NCBI GenBank assembly: GCA_965649115.1
Contig: CBFGJN010000054.1
Location: 1-13,061, forward strand
Source: a candidate division WOR-3 bacterium
GTDB lineage: Bacteria; Hydrothermota; Hydrothermia; LBFQ01; DSFT01
Direction: 5' to 3'
Length of the DNA stretch: 13,061 bases
A program made the translations under genes and the position numbers. This document shows positions 1 to 7,009 of this stretch, piece by piece. The notes below the pieces were generated by a model that searched no databases, was not told the origin of the DNA, and saw only the letters and a list, made by a program, of their open reading frames with translations. The stretch's first letter is position 1, and every line of letters starts with the position of its first letter.

Positions 1-607
1 TAATGAATAGTTTTTATAGTTATAGTAATTTGGCTGATTGAGGGGTTGATATGGGAGGGGATGAGTTAAAATATAGTGGGGGTATCCATAGGGAAGGTAG
101 AGGGGGAATTATTGGACAAGGCAATTTCAAACAAATATAAAGCTTTATTTAAATAATGCTCTTGTCTCAAATAAGACTCATAACTCACATTTTGAACTTT
201 CTACATCCCACAATAATAATATTATGAATTTTGTTATGTCAAGAACAATAAATACGATAAATGAATTTAATGAATGCCAAAGAAATTGGACTGTAAGTGG
301 AAGTGGGTCTATTGATTTTTCAAATGCTCAAAATTGGCACCCTGGCATTAAATTATTAGATGATCAGCAACTTTCTATTTCTTTCAATAAGTCGGGAACA
401 TTTATAACATGTAATGGTAAGAAATTTTATGTTTATATTAAAACTGATCCAAATTTAATCGTTAAGGGCTCTTGTAGGAAACCCGATGGTAGCTTAAAAA
501 TTTATTCAGGTAGAATTATAAAAACAATAACTGATAGCTCATCGTTCAACAAAACAATTACGATTGAATGGAATAACTGTCAAGAAAATCCTAACATTTC
601 TCAATAA
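1..607 (+). pseudogene. Probably disrupted gene (or 3' part of a gene) for an exported beta-rich protein with 4 Cys; the 224..607 ORF is likely its C-terminal part
   Basis: Frame 2 is open from 101 to TAA at 605-607 (RGNYWTRQFQTNIKLYLNN...), well upstream of ATG 224. Frame 3 reads protein-like from the window edge (MNSFYSYSNLAD*GVDMGGDELKYSGGIHREGRG) with TGA at 39-41 and joins frame 2 if one G is added to the G5 run at 102-106. No recognised family motif. Confidence 0.45.
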
Positions 608-612
608 TTCAA

Positions 613-670
613 AGGGGGGTTCTCCCCCTATAAAAAACCTTTAAAATAAGGCTTATTTTCAGGGCGGGTT
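613..670 (+). repeat. Intergenic hairpin repeat, copy A (internally deleted)
   Basis: AGGGGG-GTTCT-CCCCCT hairpin 613-629; palindrome AAAATAAG-G-CTTATTTT 643-659 (equals ATAAG[CCGAAG]GCTTAT with the loop deleted); followed by CAGGGCGGG. Same module order as the copy at 12980-13061 (-). Confidence 0.6.
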
Positions 671-719
671 TATATTTCCTGAATTATGCTTTGTCTAATA
701 AATAGTGTTAAGTCTAAAG

Positions 720-763
720 TTATAAGCCGAAGGCTTAATATCAGGGTGAAAGGCGAAGCCTTT
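720..763 (+). repeat. Intergenic hairpin repeat, copy B, with two GAA-triloop hairpins
   Basis: TAAGCC-GAA-GGCTTA 723-737 and AAAGGC-GAA-GCCTTT 749-763. TTATAAGCCGAAGGCTTAA (720-738) is identical to the reverse complement of 12996-13014, and both continue to AGGGTG. Confidence 0.8.
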
Positions 764-768
764 AAAAT
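760..768 (+). promoter_or_regulatory. -10 element (CTT-TAAAAT) for a probably leaderless ppsA transcript
   Basis: TAAAAT at 763-768 lies 6 nt before ATG 775; no SD sequence; the same 9-mer precedes other transcription units in the window. Confidence 0.6.
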
Positions 769-774
769 TTCAAA

Positions 775-3153
775 ATGTCAAAAACATATATTTTATGGTT
801 TGATCAGATTTCAAACAAAGATATAAAAATTGTAGGTGGTAAGAATGCAAGTATTGGTGAAATGTACAATGCATTAACATCAAAGGGTATAAAAGTTCCT
901 TATGGATTTGCTATTACTACAATCGCTTATGAGTATTTCCTTGAATATAATAAACTAAAAGAAAGAATTAAAAAAATTATTGAAAGTCTTAATAGGGATG
1001 ATATAAATGATTTGAGAAGAAAAGGAGAAATTATAAGAAGCTTAATAATATCCGGCGATTACCCCTTAGATTTAAGGAATGCTATTGAAGTTGCTTATAG
1101 AAAACTTTGTGAGTTTTATAATCAAGGTAATGTTGATGTAGCAGTTAGAAGTTCAGCAACAGCAGAAGACCTACCGAATTTTTCATTTGCTGGACAACAA
1201 GATACATATTTAAATGTCAGAGGAATTGAAAACATATATTATTATGTAAAAAGATGTTTTGCCTCACTATTTACAGATAGAGCAATTGCTTATAGGGAAG
1301 ATAATGGATTTGATCACTTTGAAGTAAAAATTAGTGTAGGAATTCAAAAAATGGTTCGTTCAGACTTAGCAAGTAGTGGTGTTTTATTTACAATTCACAC
1401 AGATTCAGGTTTTGAAGATGTTATTGTAATTGAGTCAATTTATGGACTTGGAGAAGCTGTTGTAAGAGGTGAGGAGATTCCCGATGAGTTTATTGTTCAT
1501 AAAAGAACGTTAAAAGATGGATATAAACCAATTCTTATGAGAAAGATGGGTTTAAAAGAACATAAACAAGTTTATGATGAAATTCATGGTGGCACAAAAT
1601 CTATTTTAGTAAGAGCTAATGAAAGAAATAAATTTTCTTTAAGTGATGAAGAAATTTTAAAACTTTCAAAATGGGCTATACTTATAGAAGAACACTACGC
1701 AAGACCTATGGATATAGAGTGGGCAAAGGATGGAATTGAAAATGAAATTTATATTGTCCAAGCAAGACCCGAGACTATTCATAAAGGAGCAAAGAAAAAA
1801 ACTATTGAAATATATAAACTAAAAGAAAAGAAAGAACCAATTTTAAAAGGTATAGCAATTGGAAATAAAATTTCACATGGGAAAGTTAGAGTTTTATATA
1901 GCCCTGATCAGATGAATGAATTTAAGAAAGGAGAGATATTAGTGACAGAAATTACCAATCCTGATTGGGAGCCTATTATGAAATTAGCAAGTGCTATAAT
2001 TACGGAAAAAGGTGGTAGAACATCACATGCTGCAATTGTTAGCAGGGAACTTGGAATACCTGCAATTGTGGGAGTTAAAAATGCTTTAAATGTATTAAAG
2101 GATGGTTTGGAAATTACAATAAATTGTGCTGATGGTGAGGAAGGATATATATATGAAGGTTATCTTAAATATGAAATTGAAGAAATTAATTTAGAAAATT
2201 TAAAAAGACCAAAAACAAAAATTATGATGAATGTAGGTAATCCAACAGAAGCATTTAGACATGCTTTGATACCTAATGATGGTGTAGGTCTTGCTAGAAT
2301 GGAATTTATCTATGCTAATTGGATACAAATTCATCCACTGGCATTATTGAATTTTAATAAACTTGAAAATGAAGAACTAAAAAGAAAAATTTTAGATATT
2401 GCTGTTGGTTATAATTCTTTAAGGGATTTCTTCATATATAAGTTGGCAGAAGGAATAGGTTCAATAGCAGGAGCATTTTATCCAAATGATGTAATTGTTA
2501 GATTTTCTGACTTTAAATCCAACGAGTATGCTAAGTTAATTGGAGGATATTTATTTGAACCAAAAGAAGAAAATCCTATGCTTGGTTTTAGAGGAGCAAG
2601 TAGATACTATTCGGATTTATTTAAAGAAGCATTTATAATGGAAGTGGAAGCAATTAAAATTGTAAGGGAAGAAATGGGTTTTAAAAATGTAAAAGTCATG
2701 ATTCCTTTTTGTAGAACACCTGATGAAGGATTAAGAGTTCTTAAAATTATGGAAGAAGCTGGTTATGGACAGCATAAAAATGATCTTGAAGTTTATGTAA
2801 TGGCTGAAATTCCTTCAAATATCATTTTAGCGGATGAATTTGCTCAAATTTTTGATGGATTTTCAATAGGTTCTAATGATTTAACTCAATTAACACTTGG
2901 TGTAGATAGGGATTCTTCATTAGTAGCGAATGTTTTTGATGAAAGAAATAGAGCAGTTTTATATATGATTGAAAAATTGATAAAAACTGCTAAAAAATAT
3001 AATAAAAAAGTTGGTATATGTGGTCAAGCACCAAGTGATTATCCTGAAATTGTTGAATTTTTAGTAAAAAATGGTATAGATAGTATATCTTTAAATCCTG
3101 ACGCTGTTCTAAAAACCACACTTTTAGTTCTTGAAATTGAAGAAAAATTATGA
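775..3153 (+). CDS. ppsA: Phosphoenolpyruvate synthase (pyruvate, water dikinase)
   Basis: 792 aa; VGGKNASIGEM, VAVRSSATAEDLP..SFAGQQDTYLN, DIEWAKDG..IVQARPET, phospho-His motif GGRTSHAAI, EENPMLGFRGASRY, FSIGSNDLTQL, GICGQAPSD. Confidence 0.98.
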   Translation: MSKTYILWFDQISNKDIKIVGGKNASIGEMYNALTSKGIKVPYGFAITTIAYEYFLEYNKLKERIKKIIESLNRDDINDLRRKGEIIRSLIISGDYPLDLRNAIEVAYRKLCEFYNQGNVDVAVRSSATAEDLPNFSFAGQQDTYLNVRGIENIYYYVKRCFASLFTDRAIAYREDNGFDHFEVKISVGIQKMVRSDLASSGVLFTIHTDSGFEDVIVIESIYGLGEAVVRGEEIPDEFIVHKRTLKDGYKPILMRKMGLKEHKQVYDEIHGGTKSILVRANERNKFSLSDEEILKLSKWAILIEEHYARPMDIEWAKDGIENEIYIVQARPETIHKGAKKKTIEIYKLKEKKEPILKGIAIGNKISHGKVRVLYSPDQMNEFKKGEILVTEITNPDWEPIMKLASAIITEKGGRTSHAAIVSRELGIPAIVGVKNALNVLKDGLEITINCADGEEGYIYEGYLKYEIEEINLENLKRPKTKIMMNVGNPTEAFRHALIPNDGVGLARMEFIYANWIQIHPLALLNFNKLENEELKRKILDIAVGYNSLRDFFIYKLAEGIGSIAGAFYPNDVIVRFSDFKSNEYAKLIGGYLFEPKEENPMLGFRGASRYYSDLFKEAFIMEVEAIKIVREEMGFKNVKVMIPFCRTPDEGLRVLKIMEEAGYGQHKNDLEVYVMAEIPSNIILADEFAQIFDGFSIGSNDLTQLTLGVDRDSSLVANVFDERNRAVLYMIEKLIKTAKKYNKKVGICGQAPSDYPEIVEFLVKNGIDSISLNPDAVLKTTLLVLEIEEKL

Positions 3154-4379
3154 TTATATTAATAAGTTTTTGGTCAGATTTAAAAGCTTACTTTAATAAC
3201 TATTATAATCTTAAGAAAACTTTCAATTCGGCAGAAAAATTATATAATCAAGGAAATATAAATTCTGCAATGGAAAATTATAGAAAAATTGAAGAAAAAG
3301 CTTCAAAAATTATAAAATTACATAGCAATTCAAAATTTGTAGATGATGCTCTATATATGCTAGCTGTTAGTTATTCAAGATTAGGTGAATATACAAAAGC
3401 GGAACAAAAATTTAGAGAGTTATGGACATTATTTCCAAATAGTAAGCTTATAAATAAAGCAAAAGTTGAATATGGAATTATGCTATTTAATAGTAATAGA
3501 TTAGACGAAGCAATTATTTATCTTTCAGAAATTAATGATAAAAGAGCAAAATTTTATCTTATGAAATCATATTACAAATTAGGAAATTACCAAAAAGCAT
3601 TAGAAATTGCTAATAAAATTAAAAGTGATAAGTCATTTGAAAATAATTTAGACTTTAAAATCTCGCTTGCTAATACCTATTTAAAAACAAATAATTTAAG
3701 TTTTGCTGAAAATCTAATTGAAGAAATAACAAAAATTTCAAACATAAATGATACAATAAAAATTAATCTGTTAGTGAATTTGTCTGATGCCTATTTAGAA
3801 AATGGAAATTTTGAAAATTCTCTAAAAGCAATAAATAAAATTAGTTATAAAGATAGTACAAGTTCTGAATTTTTTGTAAAATTGAAAATTTCTAAAATTT
3901 TACTTATGAAAGGAGACACTAACAAAGCATTAGAAATTCTTGAATACTTATCAAACTTAGCTTATGATAGCACAAAATTTTTAAGTTATTATTATCTTGG
4001 AAATATATATGAGAACAGGGAAGATTTTGATAAGGCTTTGGATTTCTATGAAAAGGCAATGAGTGGAGGTATTAAATTAGCTCAAAATAGAAAAGAAATT
4101 ATTATGAAATTAAAATCTATGAAGGATGAGAAAAATTATAAAAAACTTTATAGGCTTGCAGAAACATTTTATTTAGATTTAAAAAAACCCGATTTAGCAC
4201 TAAATGTTTTAGAAAAAATTATAAATGAAAGCAACGATGAAAAATTAAAAAATAAGGCAATGTTATTCTCAATTTACATTTATTCAAAAGTTTTAAATGA
4301 TAAACAAAAGGCTTATGAATTATATAAAAATTTAAATGAACCTTGGCTTGTTAATATAGCAAGAAAATGGATAGAGTAA
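3150..4379 (+). CDS. Tetratricopeptide-repeat protein with SprE/PorW-like N-terminus
   Basis: 409 aa; repeated TPR-type helices (ALYMLAVSYSRLGEYTKAEQKF, YYYLGNIYENREDFDKALDFYEKA); AYFNNYYN...SKFVDDALY resembles FCB-group SprE/PorW-like proteins; ATGA overlap with the ppsA stop. Confidence 0.8.
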   Translation: MIILISFWSDLKAYFNNYYNLKKTFNSAEKLYNQGNINSAMENYRKIEEKASKIIKLHSNSKFVDDALYMLAVSYSRLGEYTKAEQKFRELWTLFPNSKLINKAKVEYGIMLFNSNRLDEAIIYLSEINDKRAKFYLMKSYYKLGNYQKALEIANKIKSDKSFENNLDFKISLANTYLKTNNLSFAENLIEEITKISNINDTIKINLLVNLSDAYLENGNFENSLKAINKISYKDSTSSEFFVKLKISKILLMKGDTNKALEILEYLSNLAYDSTKFLSYYYLGNIYENREDFDKALDFYEKAMSGGIKLAQNRKEIIMKLKSMKDEKNYKKLYRLAETFYLDLKKPDLALNVLEKIINESNDEKLKNKAMLFSIYIYSKVLNDKQKAYELYKNLNEPWLVNIARKWIE

Positions 4380-5968
4380 AAAAAATTTTAATAGACCCTG
4401 GACATGGAGGAAGTGAATTTGGAGCAGTTTATAAAGATATTTTTGAAAAGGATATTAATTTAAAAACGGCGCAAAAATTGAGGTTATTTCTTGAAAAAGA
4501 TGAAAATTTTGAAGTTTTCTTAACAAGATATGAGGATAGAGAATTAACATTGAAAGATAGGGTTGATTTAACAAATAAAATTATGCCCGATATGTTTATA
4601 TCAATCCATCATAATAGTAGTTATGAAAATTTTGAAAATAGAATTGAAGTTTATTATAAATGGGAAGAGGATGGACCATCATATAAATTTGCTCAAATTG
4701 TTAATAGGTTCCTAAAAAAATTTTTAAAAATTCCTTCACAAAAACCTATGCCTGCATTTTATACTGTTTTAAGAAATAATATAGATGTGAGTGTTCTTTT
4801 AGAACCATATTATTTAAAATTTTATAATGAAGATTTACCTGAATTGACTGCAATTGCTATTTATGAAGCAATAAAAGAATTTTTTAGATGGGATTATCCA
4901 AAAATTAAAAGTTTTGAAATAAAAAATAATTTTTTAATTTTAGATGTTGAAGGAAGATGGGATGCTGAAAAAAGTTTAGCGAAAATAGACAATGAAAGAG
5001 TTTTAATTGAAAAGCGAGAAAACAAGGCTCATATTTATATTACAAAAAGTGGAAATTTAAAAGTTATTTTAAGGAATTATAATGGTTTCCCTTCAAAAAT
5101 GATAGAAATGAAAATAAATAATGTATTCAGTAGTTATTCAATTGATGTCTTTCCAGGTTTTAAGAATATGCCAAATTTAATAAATATAAACTTTTATGAT
5201 ATATTTTTTCAGAAAATTTCTGATGGATTTGAAGTAGAAATAAAAATAAATGGATTTCCATTTAATGCTAAAACAAGAGATGGTAAAGTTTCTTTTATCT
5301 TTGAAGAAAAATCCGAGGTTTATGAAATTGAAATAAAAGTTTTAAATAATATATTTAGTGAGATTATTGAATTAAAAGATGGTTTCATGTATTGGGGAAA
5401 ATTTGAAGATGTTAAAGATGGTTATGGATTGAGTGATAATAAAATCTATAAAATTTTTAATGGATATATATTTTCAAATGTTCCAAAATTGAAAATTATA
5501 GCAAGAGGTTTTCAACCTTTTGAAGTTGATTTATCAAAAGAACAATTCTACAAACCTTTGAAATTGTATAATGGTGTATTTCATGATAAGAAAATTCTTA
5601 TTTTATACGATGAGATTGAAAATTGTTATGAAATTTCTTCAAGACTTTGGTTCTTTGGAGCAAATGTTGAAATTTTAAGATATGATGATGAACTAAATGC
5701 TATCAAAAAAGCTGTTGAATTTAATAGTGATGTTTTATTATTTTTTAAATTCTCTGAAAGCGAAATTATTAAATTTTATGAAATGGATAGGTATGGAGAA
5801 AAACTTGCTAAAATTCTTTCAAAACATTTAAATATGTTTTGGACCTATTCAAGTTATCAAATTTTAATTCAACCATTTGGAGCAAGAATTCTATTTGAAA
5901 TAAATTACTTAGATGAGGAAAGGATAAGAAAAATTATATCAGCTCTTAAAGAGTACTTTGAAAGCTAA
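4367..5968 (+). CDS. N-acetylmuramoyl-L-alanine amidase (Amidase_3) with beta-rich middle region and degenerate C-terminal amidase-like domain
   Basis: ILIDPGHGG, FEKDINL, VFLTRYED..LTLKDRV, FISIHHN, VLLE give the Zn-ligand/catalytic His, Glu, His, Glu pattern in the first ~175 aa; 13-nt overlap with the TPR gene. Confidence 0.9.
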   Translation: MDRVKKILIDPGHGGSEFGAVYKDIFEKDINLKTAQKLRLFLEKDENFEVFLTRYEDRELTLKDRVDLTNKIMPDMFISIHHNSSYENFENRIEVYYKWEEDGPSYKFAQIVNRFLKKFLKIPSQKPMPAFYTVLRNNIDVSVLLEPYYLKFYNEDLPELTAIAIYEAIKEFFRWDYPKIKSFEIKNNFLILDVEGRWDAEKSLAKIDNERVLIEKRENKAHIYITKSGNLKVILRNYNGFPSKMIEMKINNVFSSYSIDVFPGFKNMPNLININFYDIFFQKISDGFEVEIKINGFPFNAKTRDGKVSFIFEEKSEVYEIEIKVLNNIFSEIIELKDGFMYWGKFEDVKDGYGLSDNKIYKIFNGYIFSNVPKLKIIARGFQPFEVDLSKEQFYKPLKLYNGVFHDKKILILYDEIENCYEISSRLWFFGANVEILRYDDELNAIKKAVEFNSDVLLFFKFSESEIIKFYEMDRYGEKLAKILSKHLNMFWTYSSYQILIQPFGARILFEINYLDEERIRKIISALKEYFES

Positions 5969-7009
5969 TTCAATAGCTAATCTATCTACTATCATTATTC
6001 CCTTTGGTTTTAGCTTAATCCTATTGTTTTTATATTCCAAATAAGGTTCTAATAGTTCATCCAACTCAAAATTTTCCACATAATAACCATCACTTAACCT
6101 TAAAGATAAGTAAATTTCTTCAAGTTTTATTTGTTCATCATTTAAAATTTCAAATTGTCTATATTTTTTATAATCCTCCATATATAAATTTATATCTTCA
6201 ACATTTTTGTACCTTATGTTGGGCTTTATAAATGAACTTGCAGAAGGTCCGACACCAATATAATTTTCTCTTTTCCAATAAATTAAATTATGCCTACATT
6301 CAAATCCCTTTTTTGCATAATTTGAAATTTCATATCTATAAAATCCAAACTTTTCTAAAATTTCATCTCTTATTAAAAACATTTTTTCAAGTTTTTCATC
6401 ATCTAATAGTTTAACATTTAATTTTTCAAATGGTGTTCCTTCTTCAATTGTTAATAAATATGTTGAAATGTGGGTTATAGGGAAGTTAGCAATTTCTTCA
6501 AGTGTTTTTTTAAATTCTTCAATCGTTTGAGAATATAATCCAAAAATTATATCAACATTTACATTATCAAATCCAATTTTGTTTATCAGGTCAATTTTTC
6601 TATAAATATCTTTTTTCCTATGTAATCTTCCATAGAATTTTAGCTCATTATCATTTAAACTTTGAATACCAAGACTTAATCTGTTAATCCCATAATCCTT
6701 AAAAATTAAGAGTTTATCTAAATTTACAAGTTCAGGATTTAGTTCTATTGTCCATTCATAATTATTTTCAAGTTTTATATTTTTATGAATAATTTCAAAA
6801 AGTTCAATAAGTTCATTGTTTTCTAAAAAATTTGGTGTTCCACCTCCTATAAAAATTGTATTATAAAATCCACTATTCTCCTCAATCTCATACTCTAAAA
6901 CTTTTAAAAAATTTTCAACAATTTTTTTATTTTTAGGAATAATTTTATAAAATGAACAATAAGGACACTTTACTTTACAAAATGGAATGTGAATATAAAA
7001 TCCTATCAA
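5939..7009 (-). CDS. hemW: Radical SAM heme chaperone HemW (HemN-like)
   Basis: YIHIPFCKVKCPYCSF (CxxxCxxC), FIGGGTP, NRLSLGIQS, YEISNYA and HNLIYW (HNxxYW typical of HemW); TTG start directly after the glmS TAA. Confidence 0.9.
   Translation of the reverse strand: MIGFYIHIPFCKVKCPYCSFYKIIPKNKKIVENFLKVLEYEIEENSGFYNTIFIGGGTPNFLENNELIELFEIIHKNIKLENNYEWTIELNPELVNLDKLLIFKDYGINRLSLGIQSLNDNELKFYGRLHRKKDIYRKIDLINKIGFDNVNVDIIFGLYSQTIEEFKKTLEEIANFPITHISTYLLTIEEGTPFEKLNVKLLDDEKLEKMFLIRDEILEKFGFYRYEISNYAKKGFECRHNLIYWKRENYIGVGPSASSFIKPNIRYKNVEDINLYMEDYKKYRQFEILNDEQIKLEEIYLSLRLSDGYYVENFELDELLEPYLEYKNNRIKLKPKGIMIVDRLAIELAFKVLFKS

Noticed and set aside
39..41. TGA recoding (genetic code 4 or 25)
   Set aside because: ppsA and the amidase end in TGA at expected positions and conserved Trp residues use TGG, consistent with code 11.
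691..718. dif-like site TTGTCTAATAA-ATAGTG-TTAAGTCTAAA
   Set aside because: The 11-6-11 layout is suggestive, but the right arm matches the XerD arm TTATGTTAAAT at only 7/11 and breaks the TTATGT core; plausible by chance in AT-rich DNA.
608..774. CRISPR array
   Set aside because: The repeats are degenerate and irregular, there are no equal-length spacers, and no cas genes are present.
6232..6414. Short + strand ORF (60 aa), and similar ORFs at 8078-8260, 11056-11244, 11231-11440, 11797-12192 and 12116-12319
   Set aside because: Antisense shadows of hemW, glmS, gpsA or dppA with no motifs.
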